IMG/VR virus record: IMGVR_UViG_3300005805_000400
Span: 1-26,550 of that record
DNA: 26,550 nt
Reading direction: 5' to 3' (one strand)
Source: a virus
Taxonomy: Duplodnaviria > Caudoviricetes
The notes beneath the pieces were generated by a model. It did no database searches and had not been told where the DNA came from. It saw nothing but the letters and a program-made list of their open reading frames with translations. The translations under genes were made by a program, and so were the position numbers. Positions 8,666 through 17,371 of this stretch are shown here, in pieces. Within the stretch, counting starts at the first letter, position 1. Every line of letters starts with the position of its first letter.

Positions 8666-10042
8666 ATGGCACAATTTTTTTACGACAATCAGATACGAAG
8701 ATTCCTACTACAATTCGCTAAGATTTTTAGCAATTGGTATGTGACTAAAGGTAAGGATCCAAATGGTAATGACATACTTGTGCGTGTGCCTATCATGTAC
8801 GGAGATCAAAGCAGACTAGTATCTACAGTTATAGCGAATAACAGTGCAAGTAATCTACCTAGCGCACCGTTATTCACTTATTGGATAACAGGTTTAGAAT
8901 ATGATCAGCGCAGAATGCAAGAACCAACCTTCATCGATAAGATCAATGTTCGTCAACGAGCATATAATCAAGAGACACAGACATACGATCAAACGCAAGG
9001 GCAAGCATTTACAGTAGAAAGATTGATGCCTGTACCGTATACATTACGCATACAAGTCGATATGTGGACTACTAATTATAATCAAAAACTAGAGTTAGTA
9101 GAACAGTTAGGTACATTATTCAATCCTGCATTAGAGATTCAAAGCACTGATAATTTTGTTGACTGGACATCATTGACTGTAGTATATCAAGACGGTATCA
9201 CATTTAGTTCACGCAGCATTCCTCAAGGCACAGGTAATCCTATCGATGTATTGAGTTGGAAGTTCTATATGCCTATATGGATCAGTACTTCAACTAAACT
9301 CAAGAAGATGGGTGTCATCAACAAAATTATTGCCAGCATATATAAAGGTACCGCATTACAAGACATGCAAGATGAAGACCTATTGCTAGGCACAAGACAA
9401 AAGATCACTCCATATGGATACAAACTGTTGTTAATAGGAAATAAACTTCAATTATTACCTGCCAATGAAGCGTTCTATCCACCAAACACAGATTTGAATG
9501 ATCCTACCCCTCCTAACACTAATCTTTATTGGCAGAGTTTATTGAATGTCTATGGTAAGTTTAAGCCGGGTATAAGTCAGATATGGTTACAAAATCCATA
9601 TATGGAAGATGATATCGTAGGTACTATCGTACCCGATCCAGTAGATGATAGATTGTTGATATACAACATCGACCCAGATACACTACCACAAAACACATTG
9701 AACCCTGTCGATGCCGTCATCAATCCCCAATTGACAGGACCAAACGCAGGATTACCTGGACCTATTAATGGGCGCAGATATCTCATCGTTGAAGATATAG
9801 GTAGCACAGGTAGCCCGACTGTAAGTTGGGGCAATCTGATAGCCAAAGCAAATGACATAATTGAATACGATTCCCCTACGAATTCTTGGTTTGTATCATT
9901 TGATGCAGAAACATCGACTTCAGTGCAGTATGTGACTAATCTCACAACCAATATACAGTACAGATATGTCCAAACTGAAGGACAATGGATGAAATCATAT
10001 GAAGGTTGGTACGATCAGGGCGATTACAGTATTGTAATTTGA
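8666..10042 (+). CDS. Tail terminator / sheath stabiliser (T4 gp15-like) with C-terminal extension
   Basis: FFYDNQIRRF, VRVPIMYG, GLEYDQRR, PVPYTL and QLGTLFNP match gp15-family motifs. Confidence 0.8.
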   Translation: MAQFFYDNQIRRFLLQFAKIFSNWYVTKGKDPNGNDILVRVPIMYGDQSRLVSTVIANNSASNLPSAPLFTYWITGLEYDQRRMQEPTFIDKINVRQRAYNQETQTYDQTQGQAFTVERLMPVPYTLRIQVDMWTTNYNQKLELVEQLGTLFNPALEIQSTDNFVDWTSLTVVYQDGITFSSRSIPQGTGNPIDVLSWKFYMPIWISTSTKLKKMGVINKIIASIYKGTALQDMQDEDLLLGTRQKITPYGYKLLLIGNKLQLLPANEAFYPPNTDLNDPTPPNTNLYWQSLLNVYGKFKPGISQIWLQNPYMEDDIVGTIVPDPVDDRLLIYNIDPDTLPQNTLNPVDAVINPQLTGPNAGLPGPINGRRYLIVEDIGSTGSPTVSWGNLIAKANDIIEYDSPTNSWFVSFDAETSTSVQYVTNLTTNIQYRYVQTEGQWMKSYEGWYDQGDYSIVI

Positions 10043-10066
10043 TACCTTTTGTGTTAAACTAACACA

Positions 10067-10483
10067 ATGAAAAACACTTCGGCCGGCGTATTCTTTTATT
10101 GCACTACCACACGCAGATTTTTATATCTGATGCGTAGTGACGCTAATTTTGCCTGGGGTGTGCCCGGTGGTAAAATAGAAGAAAATGAGACATTACTAGA
10201 AGGTTTGCAAAGAGAGTGTATGGAAGAAATTAATTTTTGGCCTACAAGTCCAAAATTAGTTCCTATACAGATGTTTGTTAACAATAGTTTTACATATCAC
10301 ACTTTTTTCTGTGCCGTAGAAGAAGAATTTGTACCGACTCTAAATGATGAACATGTAGGCTATGCTTGGATCGGGCACGATCAACATCCTAAGCCAATGC
10401 ATCCGGGCTTGTTCAGTACAATCAACATCGACATAGTTAAAGAAAAACTTAAAAACCTTACTGAAAATAAAAACGGGGCCTAA
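10067..10483 (+). CDS. Nudix hydrolase
   Basis: Nudix box GGKIEENETLLEGLQRECMEE; LNDEH..YAW; HPG. Confidence 0.92.
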   Translation: MKNTSAGVFFYCTTTRRFLYLMRSDANFAWGVPGGKIEENETLLEGLQRECMEEINFWPTSPKLVPIQMFVNNSFTYHTFFCAVEEEFVPTLNDEHVGYAWIGHDQHPKPMHPGLFSTINIDIVKEKLKNLTENKNGA

Positions 10484-10494
10484 GCCCCGTTTTT
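10469..10494. terminator. Bidirectional intrinsic terminator
   Basis: AAAAACGGGGC-CTAA-GCCCCGTTTTT between convergent genes, with a T-tract on both strands. Confidence 0.88.
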
Positions 10495-10511
10495 ACATCA
10501 TGTAGTATTTT

Positions 10512-10832
10512 TTACATACTACCCATGATTGTCTTGAATGCTTCAACACCGGTAGCACCTAATACTGCTGCTGCTCCCATTAGCATCCATTTTATCTTTT
10601 CCATACTATTCAACTTTTCTGCTAATTCATCATGAGATTGTTTGTTACTATCCTGAAATTCTTTTAGAATAGTTTTAGTCTCATCCATGTTCCTGTCTAG
10701 ACAGTCATGAAGGTCCTTGACCTCACTCTTGAGTTCGTCTACTTTCTCATCAATCACATTGATGCGAACCTGAAGAACCGCGATTTCAGTCTCGGCTTGC
10801 TCCACTCTTTTTGCTGCATTAACAGTTGCCAT
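10512..10832 (-). CDS. Coiled-coil protein with C-terminal hydrophobic segment
   Basis: Heptad-rich N-terminal ~80 aa followed by WMLMGAAAVLGATGV. Confidence 0.7.
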   Translation of the reverse strand: MATVNAAKRVEQAETEIAVLQVRINVIDEKVDELKSEVKDLHDCLDRNMDETKTILKEFQDSNKQSHDELAEKLNSMEKIKWMLMGAAAVLGATGVEAFKTIMGSM

Positions 10833-10838
10833 GATTTA

Positions 10839-11852
10839 TTAGCCTGCGTTGATAGTAACGATTGGGTATGGTTGACCGCCATAAGTGTTGGCAGCATAAG
10901 CGGTATTGAATGTACCGAATGCTGGTGAACTGTTGTTGATGTTTGCAGTCAAATTAGGATCAGCACTGATACCTGAATTTGCTGTGAACAATTCGACAGT
11001 ATGATCACTTAATGACTGAACACGAACCGTTGCTGCGTTAGCATAAGTTGCGATGATGCTCATAGTGCCTGGATACAATGCTGCGTTAGCAAGGTTTGCT
11101 GTGTAGCAAGCACCTACTAATCCGCTTGTTGCGCCTTGTACTAGATACTTCTGCTTACCCTTCTGACGGACGATGAAACCTGCTTCGTTCTGTGCATATT
11201 CAAATGCTACATCAGTTACATTGGCCGCAGCGTTTGCTGCGAATGTTGCGAATGTTGCGTTTGCGTTTGCGATATCATCAACGATGCCTAAGAATACACC
11301 ATCAGTAGTTGCTACAGCCATACCATCTGCTAATGTGTTAGCAAGATCAGTACCTACACCATTGATATTAGGACTGTCATCGGCTACTGTAATAGTACCA
11401 ACGCCGTTCTGTGCGATTGCTACACGGCATAGCACTTGTGAACCATAGATTGCTGTATTGCCACCAACAACGCTATATGTGTTTGCGTTAGTTGCTGGGT
11501 AACCTGCACCACCATTTGGATTGTTGAAATATGCATCAACAACACCAACTGTTGCTGCTACTGTTACAGGACCTGCATCTGCTAATGTGAATGCAGTATA
11601 TGTTGGATTTGCTGACAACTGTGTTGCTGAGACTGTGAATGTGCTGTTTGCACCAGCATTCACAACCTGTAGAATCCAATAAGTAGTACCGGCAACTAGA
11701 TTACCTACGTTGCTTGCTGGAATGAATGGCATGCCGGCAATGATACCTAGGTTTGTGAAGTTTGCGTTAGTAGTTACTAATCCTGTTGCGGCTGTAGTAT
11801 CAGTGATTGTGACAACAGCCTGTGCTTTTGCGATTTTAAGTGGACGACCCAT
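10839..11852 (-). CDS. Putative virion structural protein (337 aa, Ala/Thr/Asn/Gly-rich)
   Basis: Strong AGGAG SD, late promoter box and beta-rich composition. Confidence 0.7.
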   Translation of the reverse strand: MGRPLKIAKAQAVVTITDTTAATGLVTTNANFTNLGIIAGMPFIPASNVGNLVAGTTYWILQVVNAGANSTFTVSATQLSANPTYTAFTLADAGPVTVAATVGVVDAYFNNPNGGAGYPATNANTYSVVGGNTAIYGSQVLCRVAIAQNGVGTITVADDSPNINGVGTDLANTLADGMAVATTDGVFLGIVDDIANANATFATFAANAAANVTDVAFEYAQNEAGFIVRQKGKQKYLVQGATSGLVGACYTANLANAALYPGTMSIIATYANAATVRVQSLSDHTVELFTANSGISADPNLTANINNSSPAFGTFNTAYAANTYGGQPYPIVTINAG

Positions 11853-11872
11853 TGTTTTGTTCTCCTATAATG

Positions 11873-11925
11873 CCGGGTTCTAGCCGGTACGCGGCGGGGA
11901 CCGCATAAACTCTCACCATGAGAGT
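11873..11925 (-). promoter_or_regulatory. Structured 5' leader (three hairpins)
   Basis: ACTCTCA-tgg-TGAGAGT, TATGCGG-tccccg-CCGCGTA and CCGG-ctagaac-CCGG lie between the TAAATA box and the SD. Confidence 0.6.
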
Positions 11926-11933
11926 ATATGATA

Positions 11934-11939
11934 TATTTA
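11934..11939 (-). promoter_or_regulatory. Late promoter box TAAATA
   Basis: GATAAATAT upstream of the structured leader. Confidence 0.7.
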
Positions 11940-11967
11940 TCAAAAAAGTCTATTTTTTTGCGCTGAA

Positions 11968-12240
11968 TTATTCGCCGATGGCTGCGCCAAGATCGGTAAC
12001 TGAAAATATACCGGTGCCACTCACAGCAATATATGCTATGTAATTGCCTTCGCCTACGATGAAACTATTATTAACAGTATTTGCTGGAATGATCTCACAT
12101 GCTGTGAGATTTGCTGTGACCGAACTATTACCTACTGCTACGGCGATTGCGCTAGTAGTTGTGGAAATACGAACCTTATCAGTAGTTGCTACTGCTGTAA
12201 GTTGACTTGATCCGCTTGGTGTATAGATTGCTGCTGCCAT
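11968..12240 (-). CDS. Small putative virion protein (90 aa)
   Basis: AGGA SD and TAAATA box at 12259-12264. Composition dominated by small residues. Confidence 0.7.
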   Translation of the reverse strand: MAAAIYTPSGSSQLTAVATTDKVRISTTTSAIAVAVGNSSVTANLTACEIIPANTVNNSFIVGEGNYIAYIAVSGTGIFSVTDLGAAIGE

Positions 12241-12265
12241 GTTCGTTGTCCTATAGTGTATTTAT

Positions 12266-14836
12266 CTAAGGAATATTTTTCCAAGTTAGTCCAGGACCGA
12301 ATGTAAAATTACCTTGAGTTTCTCCTTCAGTTACTGGCAATGTGAGTGTATTATATATCACTCTTCGTTCACCCCCCATCAAACTATTAACATCAGACCA
12401 ATCGATTGAAGTAGCAGTAGAAGGATCTGGTCCCTGATAAAATGTACTTTCTGGTTGTAATGTTAAAGACTGCATCCAGTTTCTAACATCAGCATATGTC
12501 CATGAACGATTTACTTGCATTTGTGTGGCTATCATTCCTGCAACTACCGGACATGCAGCACTAGTGCCGCCGAAAGAAGTATCATAATAGATAGGTTGGC
12601 TAACTGCGGCATTTTGACCTACCTGTACATCAAAAATACCTGAACCTTCAGTAAATGTTAATTCAAATACCATATTAGGGCTACCTACTACTCCTGTGGT
12701 AGCATTGGTTCCTTCCCAACGGATTCTATATGTTCTATTAGGTGCAAGTCCAGACGAGCCGTGATAAATTCTTTGACATGAAAAATCAAAACCGCTAGAG
12801 GCTCTACTACCTGAAAAACAACACGCCAGTGCAGGCTCTGACGTACTACAATTATTTGTAGTGCTAGGGTTAATATTCTCAGATGTTTTAAAAATAACAT
12901 ATCCATTAGTGCCTACATACAAGGTAGTTACCGGAACATCAACATATAATATTGAGAAAGGTAGATTGATAGTCCAATAACCGTTATCATTATTTCCTGA
13001 TGTCGGAGTAGGGAAAGGACCAGAAAGTCCTGCAGGACCTAGAATATTGTTGGTGATCAGAGTACATGAGGCGCTAGGTGGTTCTACTGGACTGCTACCA
13101 AAAGTTGTTAATCTATATCCTGAATTAGACATAGCAGTGAAATTATTCGCACCTAGAAGTTGAGAGAACGCGATTGATAGTGATACTTGCCCAAAATTTA
13201 CACCAGGACCATATGAATCTACTCTACGGTAGTTGGGCGAGTAATTATTATTACAAGTAAGAGTTTCATCAGCAGGTGCATAGATATCTGTACTATCACC
13301 CATCACACTGTAATCAACTTTTTGTTCTTTACCATTATTAAAATTAAGTCGTGCATCCAATGCGCCAACTGATATGACAGGATAAACAATTGTAGGTCCT
13401 ACTGCAAATTTCCCTATCTGTTGCGGGAATCCTCTACGGCTTGTAGTATTATAACATTCATTACCAAATGCTTCATGTTTAGAAGCACTAAGTGGAGTAT
13501 TCGTAGTTATTGCCCAGTAATTATTAAAATCGGGACTTGTACTCTTGACGATCTTTTGATTACTGTTTCCAGCAGCAGCGACAAAAATAACACCAGAATT
13601 TACTAATTCTTCACCGGCTACAGTCATGCTATTTTCTACCATCTCTCCTATGCATCGATTAGCATCCCCGTATAATCCTATCCATCGCATGAACTCGGGT
13701 TTTGTTCCTGAATAACTCACACCCCCTGCGCCTGATGTTCCTTGTCTAAAATAATACCATCCAGTACTGGCTGTTTGCGCTCTCCATCCCCAACTATTAC
13801 TGGCTACTGTGGGATCTTTGGTTCCATATTTAGGATTTATTGGTTTATACTGATGAAAGATTTTTAAAATATCGAAATATATTTCAACATCGGTACCATA
13901 AAATCCTAGGCTGTCAATAGTCCATTTATTTGCATTATAAGCCCACCCATATGTTCTACCGAAAGTTAGTCCTGAACATGCTGTCCCGTGATTCGCACTA
14001 CTTATGGGTTTAGTAGAATAATTACCGCATGCTGATTCTCTAGTGTACCAGCCCGGGACTGCTATATTACCGAATGCTGCGAACTGCGGTGATCGGTTGG
14101 AACTGTTTTGCCACCATGCTAAGGCTGCAGCACTTTTTGGTACTACCGTGCCGTCAAATCTAGTTTCTAACCTGCTAGCAGGGTTCGCATTAAACCAATC
14201 TGGATCAATATAATATGGACTGTCTAAAACTAAATCTAATAATCCGCAAGTACCAGTGCTTGATAATTTATTTCCAGGGGCATAATCTACTGGACCATTA
14301 CCGGTGTAATTAAACTCGACATGTCCATACCAAGTAGCTTCATCTGAAACTACTACATCTACATCATATCCTGTTCCTGTCTTTTGAATATTACTATCAA
14401 TTACTTGTAGAGAATTTCCCAATGATTGCCAAGGATTAGAATATTGACTGCATCTTAATAATTGATACCCTGCTCTATTTAAATCAGTACTGTTTGGAGT
14501 GCTAGGCATATTATTAGGCACAGCATAATTTTTAACTGCCTGTGAATATCTAGGGGTGAAATGAAGTTCTTCAGCAGGAGGTCTAAACTGATCTCTATAT
14601 GTCACTAAGTCTAAGTTTACAAATCTAACATCAGGATGATTTCTCATCTGCTCTGCTTCTTCATCTGTCAACAAGTAAACTGCTCTAGTAGGACTATGAT
14701 CTTTAGTATCTACTACTTCAACAGGTCTGCTAGGAATATTATCTTCAAGTGTACCATCTTGTATTAATATCTGATGAACATGCTCCCAACCTTCAGGAGT
14801 GTTACAACCTACCACATAAACTTTCTTTTCGCTCAT
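12266..14836 (-). CDS. Subtilisin-like (S8) serine protease, probably virion-associated
   Basis: Catalytic motifs in order: VDVVVSD (Asp), HGTACSG (His), FVAAAGNS (oxyanion Asn), FGGTSAACPVVAG (Ser). Propeptide-like N-terminal ~90 aa. ATGA overlap with the upstream gene. Confidence 0.88.
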   Translation of the reverse strand: MSEKKVYVVGCNTPEGWEHVHQILIQDGTLEDNIPSRPVEVVDTKDHSPTRAVYLLTDEEAEQMRNHPDVRFVNLDLVTYRDQFRPPAEELHFTPRYSQAVKNYAVPNNMPSTPNSTDLNRAGYQLLRCSQYSNPWQSLGNSLQVIDSNIQKTGTGYDVDVVVSDEATWYGHVEFNYTGNGPVDYAPGNKLSSTGTCGLLDLVLDSPYYIDPDWFNANPASRLETRFDGTVVPKSAAALAWWQNSSNRSPQFAAFGNIAVPGWYTRESACGNYSTKPISSANHGTACSGLTFGRTYGWAYNANKWTIDSLGFYGTDVEIYFDILKIFHQYKPINPKYGTKDPTVASNSWGWRAQTASTGWYYFRQGTSGAGGVSYSGTKPEFMRWIGLYGDANRCIGEMVENSMTVAGEELVNSGVIFVAAAGNSNQKIVKSTSPDFNNYWAITTNTPLSASKHEAFGNECYNTTSRRGFPQQIGKFAVGPTIVYPVISVGALDARLNFNNGKEQKVDYSVMGDSTDIYAPADETLTCNNNYSPNYRRVDSYGPGVNFGQVSLSIAFSQLLGANNFTAMSNSGYRLTTFGSSPVEPPSASCTLITNNILGPAGLSGPFPTPTSGNNDNGYWTINLPFSILYVDVPVTTLYVGTNGYVIFKTSENINPSTTNNCSTSEPALACCFSGSRASSGFDFSCQRIYHGSSGLAPNRTYRIRWEGTNATTGVVGSPNMVFELTFTEGSGIFDVQVGQNAAVSQPIYYDTSFGGTSAACPVVAGMIATQMQVNRSWTYADVRNWMQSLTLQPESTFYQGPDPSTATSIDWSDVNSLMGGERRVIYNTLTLPVTEGETQGNFTFGPGLTWKNIP

Positions 14837-15234
14837 ATTCTACCGACCATGACTTCTACATAACCTTCGCCATTATCATTTTTATTTTCTATGGCTTTAC
14901 CTATTACTGAACCTAATTTAGGTGTCATAATTGCAGTTTTTGCATATCCTTGTCCTGCGCTGACTAACATATCTCCTTTGCTTACCCACCCTCTGACTTT
15001 TACTTTTATTCTACCGATCAACGCTACTAACACAGGAAACTCTGCATCTATCGCACCATTTAGCGCATATGCCGGATCATGTGACACAACACCGGCTAAT
15101 TTAGTGCTCTCGACACTTGCTAATGTAACTTCTTTATCGCCACTAAATTCTAAAACTGTTCCTGGAATATATTGCTTGTCTGCTGAATAATATTCTGCTA
15201 TGTCTGCAAAAGACGAGATAATACGATCATTCAT
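14833..15234 (-). CDS. Stand-alone fibre C-terminal chaperone / peptidase G2-like domain
   Basis: ADIAEYY...PGTV...GVVSHDPAY...VALIGRIKVKV.G...KGDMLVS...VIGKAIE, a module normally found at fibre C-termini. Confidence 0.68.
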   Translation of the reverse strand: MNDRIISSFADIAEYYSADKQYIPGTVLEFSGDKEVTLASVESTKLAGVVSHDPAYALNGAIDAEFPVLVALIGRIKVKVRGWVSKGDMLVSAGQGYAKTAIMTPKLGSVIGKAIENKNDNGEGYVEVMVGRI

Positions 15235-15240
15235 TGAACA

Positions 15241-17328
15241 TTATCCTATACGCCAATTGGTGCCGTCGCTATAGACAGGTACTGTGTTAGAACCTCCGCC
15301 GCTTACTACTGCCCCGAAATTGCCTGACGCTACAAGATTGCCATCGCTGACAAATGCTTTACGACCGGCTGTAGTCGCGGCTGGTAAATTTGAAAATGTT
15401 ACTACGCTTAATGTGACGAAAGGCACAGATAATATATTAGTAGTAGTATTGAAATTGAATGTTGGATCTCCGTCCAACGCTCCGCCGTTATTGAATTGAA
15501 CTTCAGTATTACTACCACCTGCAGGTAGTGCTTCACCACCACCGCCTACTACAACAACATTACCTGCCAATGCGCTACTGAATGTCAATGTCAATGCATT
15601 GGCATTATTATATGTGATGTTAGGAAAATCATAAGTGCCTACCATCGAAACATTGTTTGGATATACAGGTGTAACACTTAAGTATTTTTCAGCAAGATTA
15701 TGTACTACCGTCCATGTAGTGCTAGGAGATGATTGTGTATGTGTATAATATCCAGCAATATTACTGCTGCCTATGACCGCTACATTACCTGCTTGAGCCG
15801 AATTAAATGTCAATGTCAAAGAATTGGCATTAGTATAACTGATATTAGGACCATCATACTTTCCGTACCACGACAAATCCGCAGTGCTTGCAGGTGCGAC
15901 TGCGACAAATTGTGAATTTAGATTGTGATTTACAGTCCAGGTAGTGCTTGCTGCACCCTGATTATGTAGATAATACCCTTCACTGTTTGCGCTATCGCCG
16001 GCAATAGCAACATAACCCGTGAGCGATGAACTGAATGTTAGTGTTACAGTATTAGCGTTATTGTATACTATATTAGGAAAATCGTAACGACCAACCATTG
16101 ATTCGCTATTTGCAAATACAGGATTTACAGCAACATATTTCGTGTTAAGATTATGGTTGATGACCCAAGTTGAACTCGGTGAATTCTGTGTATATAGGTA
16201 GTATCCTACAGCCTCACTATCAGTAGCAGCGTTTGCCCAATAAAGATTGCCTAATCCATCAGTTGACAATACTTGTGTAGGGTTACCGCCGCTTATATAA
16301 ACATTAGCATTTGAACCTAGATTTGAATTACCATTAACTGTCAAACCTGCAGTAGTTAAATTACCTACGCTGGTTATGTTAGGTTGTGATGAAGACGTAG
16401 ATGTAAATACACCATTGATTAAGTTCGCATTAACACGATTAGCGCCGATCGTACCGCTGTTAGCATAAATGTTTGCTACTGTTGTAGCATTACCTAATGT
16501 AAGATTTTTGTTGGTGTAATCATATAAAAATACAGAGTCACCGGCAAAGTCTGCCCCTGAATTATATTGTACACTTAAATTTGATCCGCCGGGCTCACCA
16601 CCGTTAGCAGATACAGTATTGAATATTAAGATACCTGTGTTAGTAGGATAAGTTCCATATGTTGAACTATTAACGGGAATCAATAATGCTGAATCTTGAT
16701 ATAAATCATATAATTGAATATTACCCGCAACTGGTTTTAAGAAGAAATTGTCACCGTTTAAATTATTAGCATATGTTCCTTGACTATTGCTAATTAAATT
16801 GATAGTGACTTCCGCACCTTGATCGAAGGGATATGAACTCTGTAATGTTATTCTTGCGGCAGAACTTGCTGATATAGTGTTTATATTCTGTATTACCGTG
16901 CCTTTAGGAGTCCAACTTAGTGCTCCTGAACCATCTGTAGTCAATACATAACCTATAGCGCCGCCACCTATATATAAGTTATCTATATTTCCGAGATGTA
17001 TAGGAGTGCTAGTCCAATATATTGAGTTTGCTGCGTCTGCGGCGTTGCCGCCTGCATTTACCCAGTATCCATTACCATTAAAAACTAGTACTTGACCATT
17101 GGCTACATTGGCTTCTATGTCGAGATTACCTATAGCACCGTCTATCTGACTGAATGCTATCTCGCTATAGGCAGTAAGGACTTCCACATTTTCTGTGGCT
17201 CCTATTGTTTTTCCTATGAAAAGGAGTTTCTGATCGCTTGCAAAACCGAATTCCGCTTCGTCAAGTTGTGGAAGATCGACTAAATCACCTGAACGCTGCT
17301 GGATTTTGGAAATCTGTATAATAGACAT
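15241..17328 (-). CDS. Tail/head fibre-like protein with Mtd-N-like N-terminus and three internal repeats
   Basis: N-terminus IQQRSG..DLPQLDEAEFGFASDQKLLFIG; fibre motifs GYVLTTDGSGALSW and QVLSTDGLGNLYW; VQYN/VQFN-G motifs; C-terminus VPVYSDGTNWRIG. Confidence 0.75.
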   Translation of the reverse strand: MSIIQISKIQQRSGDLVDLPQLDEAEFGFASDQKLLFIGKTIGATENVEVLTAYSEIAFSQIDGAIGNLDIEANVANGQVLVFNGNGYWVNAGGNAADAANSIYWTSTPIHLGNIDNLYIGGGAIGYVLTTDGSGALSWTPKGTVIQNINTISASSAARITLQSSYPFDQGAEVTINLISNSQGTYANNLNGDNFFLKPVAGNIQLYDLYQDSALLIPVNSSTYGTYPTNTGILIFNTVSANGGEPGGSNLSVQYNSGADFAGDSVFLYDYTNKNLTLGNATTVANIYANSGTIGANRVNANLINGVFTSTSSSQPNITSVGNLTTAGLTVNGNSNLGSNANVYISGGNPTQVLSTDGLGNLYWANAATDSEAVGYYLYTQNSPSSTWVINHNLNTKYVAVNPVFANSESMVGRYDFPNIVYNNANTVTLTFSSSLTGYVAIAGDSANSEGYYLHNQGAASTTWTVNHNLNSQFVAVAPASTADLSWYGKYDGPNISYTNANSLTLTFNSAQAGNVAVIGSSNIAGYYTHTQSSPSTTWTVVHNLAEKYLSVTPVYPNNVSMVGTYDFPNITYNNANALTLTFSSALAGNVVVVGGGGEALPAGGSNTEVQFNNGGALDGDPTFNFNTTTNILSVPFVTLSVVTFSNLPAATTAGRKAFVSDGNLVASGNFGAVVSGGGSNTVPVYSDGTNWRIG
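15544..16206 (-). repeat. Three tandem ~75-aa protein repeats (GYY..Q...STTW.V.HNL...YD.PNI.Y.NAN..TLTF)
   Basis: Repeat starts at 16206, 15978 and 15753 (periods 228 and 225 nt). Confidence 0.9.
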
Positions 17329-17355
17329 AGTTGTACATTTACCAAGTAGTACAAC

Positions 17356-17361
17356 TATTTA
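17356..17361 (-). promoter_or_regulatory. Late promoter box TAAATA overlapping an inverted repeat (17327-17358)
   Basis: CATAAATAG, 27 nt upstream of ATG 17328. Confidence 0.7.
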
Positions 17362-17371
17362 TGCTATTAGG

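Noticed and set aside
10512-10832. Holin call
   Set aside because: Single short hydrophobic segment and no adjacent endolysin, so the evidence is insufficient.
11875-11884. GGTTCTAGC resembles the preQ1-I riboswitch loop
   Set aside because: It is on the strand opposite the downstream gene and lacks the P1 stem and A-rich tail.
12249-12272. Possible SD-masking hairpin for the 90-aa gene (similarly at 21253-21292)
   Set aside because: Only 5-7 bp with bulges or G-U pairs, too weak to claim without folding calculations.
15241-17328. Diversity-generating retroelement target (Mtd-like N-terminus)
   Set aside because: No reverse transcriptase or TR/VR pair with adenine-specific differences in the window.
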